From: Paragordius varius
Lineage: Eukaryota; Animalia; Nematomorpha
Direction of reading: 5' to 3'
NCBI GenBank assembly: GCA_964247055.1
Contig: OZ176055.1
Location: 10,049,836 to 10,113,835 of the forward strand
DNA length: 64,000 nt
In this document: positions 39,611-52,825 of the stretch, piece by piece
Layout: the number at the start of each line of letters is the position of its first letter
Position numbering within the stretch: position 1 is the stretch's first letter
Program-made: the position numbers and the translations under genes
Notes under the pieces: generated by a model
What the model was told of the DNA's origin: nothing
The model's database searches: none
What the model saw: only the letters and a program-made list of their open reading frames with translations

Positions 39611-42600
39611 ATGTATAAAAATTTATATTTTCTGCCTTATTTTTTGGGTCTTTTCTTGCGACGTCAGTATGCGTTCGTGTTTGTATCCAAAGCACCAACA
39701 TACTTTCAATATCAAAATGCTTCCGATTCACAATTAACCGATAACTTTAACAAAATCGATGATATATCTGGTAATGTTGAGTTTTCCAACAATTTCAGTT
39801 TTGTGTATGCCGAAAAAATACCGGATAATTATTTAAGTTCACAAATGCAAACCGAATTCCAAAGGCCAATAAGTCTCAAGGATGATCGCGAGATATTAAA
39901 GGGTCGAACATGGGAAGAATACGAATTAGTCCAAAGATATATGACATATCTTGATAATAATCAAACTATTATAGATAAAAGTACTAGCAAAAAAGTTTTT
40001 GCACCCTCAACCAAATGCAATGGCCTATTTGAGACGGATATTGTATTGACACCTCAAACCGCCCAATATTATTTCGGACGCAATTTTCCCCAAACAACGG
40101 AACAAAATCCGAATTCTATATTACCCAAAAAAGTATCCAGAGTTTATAAAACATGGAAAGATACGATCCCAATCCGATATAAATTGGAAGACCTGGAAGG
40201 TTGAACACATTAAATAATTGTTTATTTTGATATATATGAAATGTAAATAATCTTGGATTAATTTAGTCATAACTTGGTATAAGTATCCAATATTTTATAA
40301 AACCCAGACAGCTAATCATTTAGCCATAGTCAAATTAAAGTTAAGCAAACAGAAATAAGGAAATGATTAAATGTAAATTTATAGTGGGATTAACCATTAG
40401 CCAGATTTCCATTTTATTCCCTATATTGAATGTTTGTAGTAAAACAATATACTTTTAATGATGTATATTAAGGGCGTTTTATATCTCATTTGCCCCCTTT
40501 TTTTCAAAAAATTTTAGCGGTTTTTATGAATTTTAAAGCAACAGATAAAATTATCTTATTAGATCCGTTGCTATATGATCAAATTATTGCAGCAATTTAT
40601 CTTTGGCAAAATCTGACTTGCGTGCGCTTCCAAGCCATACCTGACAACTCAAATGAAACTGTCCAAGGAGATCATTTAGTATTTTTTTCGGGGGCTGGGT
40701 AATTCATAATACCTATTTCTTTCAAAAACAAAAGTTTACATTTACTATTGTTAGCTGTTGGTCGTACATTGGTAAGACAGGCGGAGAACAAACCATTTCA
40801 ATAACAACGAAATGTGCGAAAGTTAGTATTTGTATTTATATCGATTTTCGGACAAAAGCAGCACTTTTTTAACCAAAGACAACATTTTTAGTTCCGTTAC
40901 TATGGAAAATGTTGCGTTTGGTTAAAAAAGTGTTGCTTTTGACTGAAAAAATGGTATTAAAGTAATTTGAAACAATCTTTTTCCGTAGATATAATGATTT
41001 TGTTTAATACTAAATATTTTTTGTCATACCTTTTATGTATCGCACCTTGACGGTAAATACATTATTGTTATGCCTATGTTTTTTAAATATATCAATTTGT
41101 TGGGCCAAATAAAGCATGAAACTCAATAGATATTATCAAGTAAAAGTATTTATTACAGTAAATATTGTAATTGTACAGACACATATAATAAAAAGAGAAA
41201 AGACATACTTTTTTAATCCTGAGTTATAGTATTAACTCAAACTGCATAGTATGAAATAGAGATGTAAATTGGTAATACAATTAATTATACATTTTGTATT
41301 TAAATAGTTGATATAGGAAAATTAAAGTTTACAAAAGTATGATAGTTTTTTATTTTTACGTTTTGTCCCTTTTTATAGTTTCGATTATTTTTACTGTAAA
41401 ACTAACGGCAGGTGGGTGAAATAGCTCATGAAATTGGTCACGCTTTAGGTCTTTGGCACGAACAAAGTCGACCAGATCGAGATTTTTATGTTGAAGTTCA
41501 ATACCAAAATTTGGAGAATGATGCTTATCGTAATTTTGCCAAAGTTGCCAAAAATAATACCAAAATCCTAACTATCCCATACGATCTCAGTTCCATAATG
41601 CACTATGATCCGCATGTATTGATTTTATACACAATTTACACTTAAATATACCCTTGAAGAATATTTCACCCTCGAACAATTCAAATTCACCCAAAAATAA
41701 AAAATGTGTTTATTATGATTAAAAATTACTTATATTTTTTAAAATCTTGATAAAATGTTGTTTAAAATTAAAATAATACTGAAAAAATAATAAACTATGC
41801 GCCATAAAGATATATTTCATATTAATGATGAGTTATGTTATGCCCAAACACACATATTTTATTTTTAGGGTGAATATTGCTCAGGGGTAAATTTAAATTG
41901 TTCAAGGGTGAGTTTGAGATGATTAAGGGTGAATTTGAATCGTTCAAGGGTGAATTGAATTGTAAATAGTATATTTATATTTTTATGTTTAAAAAATTAG
42001 TTGTGTCCTGACACGCTTATGTAAGTATTATTTAAAAGCTTGTTTTAGGATATAAAGGTATCCGTTTATATATTCAAACAAGGTTTTGCATTTATATTGA
42101 AAAAAGTTATGTTATAATTGAAAAAATTAAAATATATTAATAAAACTTGTTTTAATACTGTTAATAATACAATGATCAGCATTTCATTTTATTAATTCTC
42201 GTGCTATTATCTACGGTAACTAATCGTGAATAATTAATTATTTTTACCAAAAAAATTTGCCTAAGACATATCCCTCTATTAAGGAATGAGAGGTAATTCA
42301 TGTTGCCATGAATATTGTCGATCAACATTCGGGAAATTTTTTGCGATTTTCGCAATATTTGTCAACAAATTAAATTACATAAATGAGGTTAAACCACAAG
42401 GCAATACCCAATAAAACGCTTGACCGTGTCGCATTTAAAGGATATCCGTATATTTTAAGGCATGACAAATAAAAAATATATTATTATTATAAAATATTTT
42501 TATTTGATATATTAGGCATTGTCCAAAAATAAGGAACCGACTTTGAAAACGTTAAAACCACGATTGCAACCTAGTATGGGAAACAGAGAATATCTAACGT

Positions 42601-45600
42601 TCTCTGACGCTAAGGCCATTAATGAAGAATATTGTCCAGGTACTTATACATATATCAGAGAGTGATAATCATAATAGAAAATGCTTAAGAGAATAATCTT
42701 AATTTTAAATGAAAACATTAATATGCTATATACTGGGTTATTTTTTATTTTTGAAAAATTATTATAAATTCTGTCAAATTTTTGAAATCTGACTGATCAA
42801 GGACGGGTTGGGTGACCCATATTATAGAAAAAAGATGTGTATTATTAGGTCCAAAATACTTGATAACCTGATTTCAATTATACAGAGATATGTCAGATTT
42901 TTAGTTTTACATTTCATATATTAACGCTTTTCAAATTTGATGCCACATATAAAATTTAAATTATACGGACAAAACGTAAAATATAAAAATAATATTTATT
43001 CTAAAATACAACCATACTTTTTTAAAGCATGATTTGATAAATCAAACTCATTGTTTAAAACTCCAAAGTACAGAATAGAGGGCATTTTGGTAACACAATC
43101 AATTATATAATATACGATCGTTATTAAATGATTTCAATAGGATAAATTAAGGTTTAAAAATAAAGCAGTTGTCTTTTGATAAAAAATATTTTTCTTTAAA
43201 TTTTTGCGTTTTGTCCGTATAATTTTATTTTTACTGTAATTATGAATTTTAGAAACTTGCGATTATGTTTATCGCGCAAGCAAATGTTATAGAAACGGAT
43301 ATCCGAACCCTAATAATTGTACCCAATGCCTTTGTCCGGATGGCTTTAACGGTGGCCCTTACTGTGATCATTTAACACCGCATTCTCATCAACAAAGTTT
43401 CTTTTAATTTAAACTAAAATTATAAAAATTAATCATTTACAGTGTTGCAGTGAATATTGATATTATACAGAAATATTGTGAAAAATTTCAAGAGGCTGCC
43501 ATATTTTCAAAACTTGAAATAGTATGTAAATTGGTAACATACCCAATTATATAAATACAAAGATGTTTTTAAATAGTTTATGTGGAAACAAAAAACAAAT
43601 GTTAAGAAGTATGGGGTTGTCTTTTAAAAAAGTAATAGTTGTCTTTATGTTTTTACGTTTTGCCTTAGAATTTATTTTTACTAAATATTCTTGGTTACAG
43701 GTTGTGGAAAAATTCAGATTTTTAGTAAGGAAACGCCAGAAAACCATATATACGTTAACCATAAAATAGAGCTAACTAATTTCACATCCACAAACGTTAT
43801 CAGTGATAATAATGAAAATGTCACTTTGATAGAATACGTTCAAATAAATGGCACTCGATTATTTGAATTCCAATGCACCTACCTTATAAAAGTAACGCAT
43901 AAATAAATGTATTTCCAAACATTAAACTGAAAGATTGGTAACTATATTATTGAATTATTTTTGGACAATACTATAGCGATATGCCTAAAATAAGCTTGGT
44001 AACTAATCTTAAATAAAAACCAGCCCAAGTTTGGGATCTAACACGGGTCCTAATTTACTTATTAAAAATTTTGATTCGGTGATTACCTCTACAGAAAATT
44101 ATTTGTAAAAATCTTTTAAATAACCAGTATTTTATAATCATTACCAACGTTAGATAACCTATTACATAAATGATATGATTAATAAAATTTTGTATATAAA
44201 TAATATAACGGAATCAAAAATAATTGGATGGTGACTTAAATTATTTTATATATTTTAATCATACAGTATAAGTATACTATAATTCAATTCACATATTTTT
44301 ATAGGCAGGTTTATGCGAGGATATCACATTAGAAGTGACAAAACTCAATGTTCCTGGCCGCGCACCTGATAATGTTAGATGTTTGAATTGGGTCGAGATA
44401 CGCACTTTGCAAGATTTGTCTCAAACTGGTGAAAGGTATATCAGCTATTACAGTAAAAATTGAATTTATACGGAAAAAACCTAATATTATAAAAACAAAT
44501 ATATTCAAAAGACAACCACCATACTTTTTAACCTTAGTTTTTGCAATTAAAACTATTTTTAAAAATATGTATTTAAATGTGTTACCATAAAACTATATCT
44601 CTCAAATAGTATTTTTTTTAAATAAATCAAGACTCAAATTTAATCATTGTGTTTTAGAATAAAAATTTGCCTTTATAATTTTACGTTTTCCGTTAATTTT
44701 AATTTTACTACTGTACCTTTTGGTGTAGTTTAATATCCCACAGATTTGGTATTTGAATATCTTAAAAAATATTTAAGGTAAGGCCAAAATATTTGTTTTT
44801 AAGGCTTTTAGGCGCATTATATGTTTTAAGAAATGTAAAATTGTAAAAAAATATTCATCCAAAAAATATTTTCCGCCATTTTTTACTATAAATTTTTTTG
44901 AATCGCTAATGCAAAAGGCAAATAAATGCGTATTATGTTAGATGTAAATACTTAACTTAAAGCTTTTAAGCTACATTAACCAGCAAAAACTGATATTTTA
45001 TGATTTTAATATCAGCAGTTCGTTTCAATCGTGTTATGGAGCTCTCCCAATTACAGACGTTAAAGGTCACAAAACTGTAAATATAAGCTTTTTATCTAAT
45101 AAATAGAAACACTCGCACAGCCGATTATTAACCTTCAGCTGTTTTTATAAATTTTTTATGATATTACTAAATTAGTGTTACTATTATATTACCATGCTTT
45201 ATTTAAGGTTTTTAGATACGTTTTATTAGGTTAAATTTGTATTCGCAGATTTTTTTCGTACTAAGCTTTTCGGAGTTTTGAATCCCCAAGATCGTAAGAT
45301 AAAAATTTGGTTTAAAATATTATTTGTGAAATTTACAACTATCCTAATGCCTTTATATAACCATTATCTCTTTGTCTATTAAATTTAAGATTGTGCGGAA
45401 CTAACTTTCCAAAAGATGCGATATATTCAGCCATTGGACAAGAAATGCTAATTCTCATACGATTTCACCGCATATCAGGATTAAATGAAACAAGCATAAC
45501 TTCGGAAAAAAATTCCATACAATTAGAATTTGAAGCCAAATACAAAATAAGTGATCAACTAATAATTTTACAAATATACATTACAAATATGCGGACAAAA

Positions 45601-46293
45601 CGGAAAATATAAAAACAAAATTAAGTATTTTGCGATTGTTTAAAATGATTTTTAGGATAAATTAAGGATTAAAAAAGTATGGTTGTTTTTTGAAAAATTG
45701 TATCTTTATATTTTTGATTTTGTCGGTATAATTTTATACTGCTGTATATTCCATTATGGGGCGCAGAAAGATTATTTATATAAAACAAACATTATTCAAA
45801 TGTACAGTAAAAATTTAATTTTTTAAAGGGTAAACCATACTTTATAAAACCTAACATTTTCAAAATTATTTAAGTTTTTACCAATTTCCATCTAGCAACC
45901 AGTAAAAATTGAAATTGTACGGACAATGTAAAAATATAAAGACAAATATTTTTTTAAAAAAAATAACCATACTTTTTTGAATCTAAATTTTCCCATTTAA
46001 ATTATTTATACAATTATATTATATATAATGGGTGTTACCATTTAACATCCCTTTCTATACATGCAATTTTTAACAATCAAATTTTGATATTTTAAAATTT
46101 AAAAAGTGTGGCTGTCTTTTAAAAAAAATATTGTCTTACTTTGTGTCCGTATAATTCCATTTTTACTGCTGTATGTACATATAATATTTATCAACATATT
46201 TGATCGAAATAATTTATATTAAAAACATATACAGGTAAAAAAGAAGACTGTCAAAATCCGTATATTCGATTCGCAAAGAAACTTACCAACTAA
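39611..46293 (+). CDS. Secreted astacin-EGF-CUB metalloprotease, copy 2
   Basis: Same 10-exon structure (exon 1 39611-40199; catalytic exon ~41413-41615 identical to copy 1; TAA at 46291-46293). No stop or frameshift was seen in the exons read. Confidence 0.88.
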
Positions 46294-49200
46294 AATAATA
46301 TTATTTTGACTCAATAAATATAGTATACTTGTCTTATTTTAAAACACTTTATTACCCTTTTAAGTATTTTTTACCTTAGAACGATTTAAAAGTCGAATAT
46401 CTTTAAAGCAATTCAAGATAATGGGCCAAATTAAAAATAAATTTTTAGCATTGAGCGCATGCTGTAAATTTTTGTTTAAAAAAATTATTGTAAAATTTAT
46501 TCATCTTAAAGCTTTCTCTCGGCTATTTGTTTGGAATTTATCGCTAATAAAACAGGCAAATATTACAAATAATTGTGAGAAAATGTAACCGGAATCGGGT
46601 TGGTTCCTTAACAATTTTAACATTTCCGGAACTGCGGATTTACATTTGGAACCGGTTTCATTTTGGTACCCGTATTTTAATTAAATGAATTTTCATACAA
46701 CTTTATTATAATAATGATAGAGCTTTGTATTCTGGCAAATATGCAAAGTATATACATACGTTAGTAATGTTATGTATGTGAATTATAAACTTTAAACATG
46801 AAATTAATGTTTGAAATTATAGTGTGTTCAATATGAAACTTATTTTTAATTATAAAAATATAAAGCTAACTATTCCAAATCGTAAATTAAAACAGAGTTT
46901 AAAAACTCACCAAATCTAAAAAACTGATCGATAGAGCTTTTTCTCACTTGAATCGTATGGGGAAAGGTATTTATAAGATGTATGAAATGTTTTGAAAAAT
47001 TATACGCTAATTCAGCTTTGCATGTCAATTTTTTTATTTAAGCCTTTAATCATTTTTTAATTCAATATAATGGGTAAATTCCAAATATATAGTAGATAAT
47101 GTTATTTAAAAAATCAAAATCTTTTACCGCATAATAACTATTGAATTCGAATCGCCACATTCCAATTTTTCCACATTATTATTGTAAGTGTTCTTTAATG
47201 ACCCACTGAGATTTTTTAATTATAGTATTTAGCGTTAAGAAATATTCTTATGGTACATAGTATCAAAGACGCGTTTTTATCCGTTGTATTTAATTTTATT
47301 CTTGTGCGATACCAATGCGAATTTTTTTGGTTGATAATATCAGAAAAATTATAATAACTTTTATGTTTTAACCACATTTATCCCTTCGCTAATTATTATA
47401 ATGAGGCTTATTATAGATATGGAATGATATATGATTCATATACGTACAGTAAAAATTGAAATTATACGGACACAAAGTAAAAATATAAAGACAAATATTT
47501 TTTTCTAAAAGACTACCATACTTTTTATCACCTTTATGTTTCCCTTATAAGCTACTTAGTCACAATTGTAAAATTTAGAATTGGTTGTCTTAGTAATATA
47601 TATATATATATATATATCTCTATTTCGCACCTGCCATTCCAAACAATGAGTGTAATTGAAAAAAAATCATGATTAAAAAGTATATTTGTCTTTATATTTT
47701 TACGTTTTGTTTGTATAATTTTAGTTTTTACTGTATATTTAAATAAAATAATGATTATTTACTGTTATAAATTTGCCAATAATGGTCAATGACCTTTGCA
47801 TCGCCACAATAACCCCGGTATTATATAGATTTTTTTTGATAATACATCCTAAAATCATGTTTTTGCATTATTTTACTTAAAATGTAATTTATTAAACATG
47901 GCTGTAAAAATATAATATTGAGGTATAAAAATATTTGGTTAATAAATTATAAACATTTTTAATTTAAACATTATAACGAATCAGTCCTATTTAATACGTC
48001 GTTCATATGAGCCTATAAGCGATTCCTATATATATTATTTATAAATATGCTGGCATTCTTAATTAAAAGAACATAAATTTAACATGTAGTATATTTATTT
48101 AACTTTTGTCCCAATATACCTTTCTTTGAGATGTTTGAATATTGCTTCTTAACTGAAATCCTTATTCAATGCGATAATTATATAACAAAATACGCAGGTG
48201 AGGAAAATTACCAAATTAAAGTAATAAAAGGAGAATATTAAATTAAAAAAATATCAAAACAGTTAAAATTTATCATTTATATTATGTTTAGAAGAATTTG
48301 TATGACTTTAACGTGAACAAAATCTAATAAATTGCTCTTTGATATCAGTTACTATCTTAAAATTATTCATATAGCTGGGCCTAACTGTTCTTTCAATTAT
48401 TATCATAATACCACTAACAATAAATAAATCGATATATTGATTTTAAAATAGTCATAAACTATATATTTCCCAGCAACGCGAAATTCGGTACATAATGCCG
48501 GGAGTAAATTAAGGGGTATATTCTCCCACTAATTTTATTTAAGTCGATATCGTGAAAATGTCTGACTCCTCATGTAAAAAATAACCATTTGAACCTAATT
48601 TTGAAATCAACACCTTTTTAATTTTTAATTTGGAAATCGTTTTCCTATATTCTTTTCTATAAATATTGTTTTTATATTTTAAAGTTTCTATGCACGCTTA
48701 TAATTTACTTCCGTTATGATACAAAAAATTCTTGTTTTTTTTTAATTTATAATTTAAACTATATTAAAACTTAAAAATCGGTTTTATGGTTAATATTACC
48801 TGTGGAATGAAAAATTTATTGTATGTAAAATTATGTTAATTATCAATCTTTTTGTTAAAAATATCTCTAAATGCAGTTTTAAATATTGCCCTTATAGTCC
48901 TTTGCAAAACATTATAGACATAAAATTAAAATTGTTTTGAAACAAATACTCTTTATAATAACATGTACAAAACTAACCGTTTTTGTATATGTAAATATTT
49001 TTATGCCATCTAATGTAGCAAGAAACCACCATTTTCTCATTCTAACCAAAAAGAAAATATGGCGATATCTTTTTTAGGCGGAACAGAAAAATCGATTATT
49101 TATTCCATTAGTAATATTTTAACTTTAAGCAAATTAAACTTAAGTTGTCTTTCTAAATACTTCTATATTAAAGTAATAATTTAAATTCTCGTAAAATTTA

Positions 49201-49437
49201 TTAAATTAAACTATATCCAAAAATTTCGATTCATGGTAGTATCTTTTTGAATGGATTAACTAAAACAAAAGAAAATAATGACATATAATTAAAACAAAAT
49301 TTGAAAAAATATAATTATAAATGCATAATTTATTTTAAATGCTCCTTTATACTGGTGGTAGGGTCTGATGGTTGATTGAGTGGGCCTTTTACATGATAAA
49401 AAAGCGCAAAATGTAGGCATTTATTGTATAAATTTAA

Positions 49438-50016
49438 CACTTGGATACAACACATTCATTTTAGTCCTTCGATTCAAATTGGGGTAGTTGGATACCCCAG
49501 ACCTGTTTAAAATCAAATACTTTAAAAAGTATGGAAGGAATCGAAACCATGGCAAAATTTTGCACTTATATAACATTAATAAAACGAAATATATCAAAAA
49601 ATTTATTCAAAATTGATATTACTAATTTTAAGCCAAAACCGAAAGGTTAAAATTTCGTCAACGTGACATGTGTCAAATGGTAAAATTAAAAAATAATACA
49701 AAATAAACCGCTTTTCCTTTTTCAATCAATGTTAGATGTAATTTAAATAAAAAATTACCTTTAAATTTACCCTTAAAATTATTATAAAACGATATTTTGC
49801 AAAAATTTTATAAAATAAAAATGGCGTCGAAGTAGTTTGACATGGAACTTTTTTTCCAAAACAAAATTTTATCAAGATATTTTGGCATATTTATATAATT
49901 TTTATTAGGATAGAAGCATAAATTTAAATTGAAACCGTTTCCTTCAGTAGTTTTTTTAAAAATATTAATTAAAGTTTAGCCTGGGGTATTTAGATGCCCC
50001 AATTCGAATCGAAGTG
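49438..50016 (+). mobile_element. piggyBac-type MITE (family B)
   Basis: TTAA-CACTTGGATAC...TTCGATTCAAATTGGGGTAGTTGGATACCCCAG ... CTGGGGTATTTAGATGCCCCAATTCGAATCGAAGTG-TTAA; collinear with 28524-29104. Confidence 0.88.
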
Positions 50017-52788
50017 TTAAGCAAAAAACTATATTCTCTTACACATAATAACAGATTTGCATGTATAGGTTCTAATAATTGTGTCGAACTGATGATGGGT
50101 TAGCATGATTGAAACTGTATAGATAGTCCAAAAACAAGAGCTATCATAGGAAATTTCGGTATTATAAATGGCTAATTGGCGATTTAAATTACATGTCTGT
50201 TTATCTATAACACTATTTTTCACTATAATTATAAAAAATCATTAAAAACAAAAAAATTCAACATATCAATAGACATGAAAAATTACCCTTTTACCCATTT
50301 AAAACACCAAAGAATAACTCGTGAATGTAAACGATTATTACTGTTAATGAAAGTTTCACATGTCATCTGCGTTTTTTGGTTTTAAATATACTTATTATGT
50401 TAATTTAGAATATTTGTAATATCTTAGTATCGATTAATGTATTTTATTTTAATTTGTTTATTTGTTTTTTAGTATGATAGTTTGCACAAAAAAATATTTA
50501 TAGGTAATACCTTTACGTTTAATTAGATGGTCCAATGTTTTAAAATATTTTAAATAAAATAAAAGATATTTGCAAATGAGTCCAATATGACTATGGGTGA
50601 TTACCTTTTAAGGCTTCAAAAAATGTGGGGGCTAACAAAGATCCAATTACTTAACTTACCAAAATAGTCAAGGGGATTAAGGATTTATGAATAAATTGCA
50701 TTGAATGTTTTAAAAAACTATCAAAGTAATAATTTAGATCCTTAAAAAGTTCACTATAATGGTTATGAACGTTGTATTTAAGATTGGTCAGCAGATATGT
50801 AAATGGACAAGTTTTAAAATCGTATTCTATAAAATTCACTAAAAGTAAAATTAATTTTACTCAAAATATTTAGAAATTTATTTTTGCTTGAAATGTTATT
50901 TCATTTCTGTTTTATGAAAATAATCTCTGTGCTTCGCAAAAAAGACTCGCCTTGGTTACCACTGATTTACATCATGATTGGAAACTTGAAAATACACCAA
51001 GTGATATTAAATTCATTCACAATATCAATATTTACTGTAATAATTTTTAGACGGTACACGATTAGTTTAAACAACTTTGCACGATATTGACATTTGCTTA
51101 GCAAATTTTGAAAGATATTTAATTATAGTACTAACATAAATTCAAATTAATTATTTAATTATGTTATAGTAAACACCTATATAGTGTATGGGTTGTTAAA
51201 CTTGTTAAAAATATAAATACTTGCACGAGAGAAGTTTTATTTTTTCTGGCTTTAAAGAGTACACAAGCCATATAACCGTTAATAGGCTGTTTTCTAAAGA
51301 TATAATTTGTTACACATGGAATAAAAAAACGTTAAAGTTGCTTCGATCGACTATATAATTGATTAACAACTTTTTAATTACGCAAAACATATTTTAATTC
51401 CATATATGATTCATTGCTTTTTTTATATTTCGCATTTATGTATGCCTAACTTGCCCATCATTATATAATTAAATAATCAAAACATTCACACATGGAAAAG
51501 CTTAACTTTTTGATGAAATGTTACAAAATTTGAAACACATATGTATCCATCAAACTACAATCTATATTTCAGATCTTGTTATGTTAAAAGAACAGAATAG
51601 AATAAACAAAATATACCGTCCTTTCTTTTATATTATTCTGTAACGTTCATCTTACATTTGCACATAATTATAAAATTTCTTTTATGTATGCATTATTAAT
51701 TTTTTACAATATCCCTATTTTTTAATGCAATAAAATTATATCCATATTTTAGGGACATCAAAAGTTTTTTTACAGATACATGTGTTAGAATTTTTATGAT
51801 TTTTAAAAATAAATTTTAATTTACAACCATCAAACTTAAATTTATTATACCTTATGCAAAATTTTGTTATTTCGCTACCAAGATATATAAAGACATCTTA
51901 CATATAAGTAAGCAATTATCACAGCGCCTTATTTTTCGATATGGTAAAATCTTTTTTTTACTCGTTTAAAATTTATACAAGAAGGAAATTGCACTTAAAA
52001 AACATTATAAAACAATTCATAATTTGAATACGCGAATAAAAAAGAAAAATTTTATTTTTCCATATTACGATTAAAATTTTTGCTTTTTCTTTCTCATTAG
52101 CAACAATTTTTTTGTATTCCTTTTGACTTTTTACATTTCGTTACAAATTACATTTTGATTTAAAACATCTATTGAAATCTGCGATCATTCCTTTTATAGA
52201 TTTTCCAACTTTTTATTGTTTTAAATAAATTAGTTTCTTTTCAATTTTGATAATTAAATTATTAATCCAATATGTTATCATCTGTTACTATAAATTCTTA
52301 AACTCCTTACAAAAAATATTTTGATTTATAACTTTAAATCCATTTATTTTATTAGATTTTTCAATAATTATATTATCTAATTATTCTTTTTAAAAATCTG
52401 CTATATTTACATCCAAAAGACAACTATATAAAATTCAGTAGTACTATTTATTAAATTCTGTATTATAGCATAATAAAAATATGGATATTGGTATTCGAAT
52501 GATATAACATGGGGGAAAGATAATACATACTAAATGAAGATGAGCAATTAAACAAATGGATAAAATTATAATAGAAAGCATATATTTTAAATAAATTATA
52601 AAAATTGGCAAAATTACAAAATAATAGATATGCAAATCGATATATAGAGTATTTGGTATCACTCGATAGCTAAAAAAATGCTTGTTTCAACCAGAGGAGT
52701 TGCAAATCAAGAATTTTTTAAATGGGCAATAGCCAAAATTAGCGGAATAAATAAATTTATATTGAGAGGCGCAAATTTGTATGTGGTT

Positions 52789-52825
52789 ATCGCTTCTCGG
52801 CCTCTTGGCTAAGATCAAAGTGTAG
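52789..52825 (+). ncRNA. RNU2: U2 snRNA gene, 5' part (nt 1-37), interrupted
   Basis: ATCGCTTCTCGGCCTCTTGGCTAAGATCAAAGTGTAG matches the conserved U2 5' end (stem I, U6-pairing region, start of the branch-point recognition sequence). Confidence 0.96.

Larger units (their letters stand above)
35251..47940 (+). repeat. Tandem segmental duplication, copy 2 (~12.7 kb)
   Basis: Collinear with 21559-35250. It is visibly diverged up to ~41075 and near-identical afterwards, and lacks two piggyBac-type MITEs present in copy 1. Confidence 0.93.

Noticed and set aside
50029-51090. Possible exons of an unknown minus-strand gene (e.g. 50651-50830 with AG/GTAAGT ends)
   Set aside because: One block has plausible splice sites, but there is no recognisable domain and no consistent multi-exon frame. 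Needs RNA-seq.
52444-52662. Inverted copy of the retroelement 5' UTR upstream of U2
   Set aside because: The resemblance appears compositional (TATCC-like words); no sustained alignment could be made by eye.
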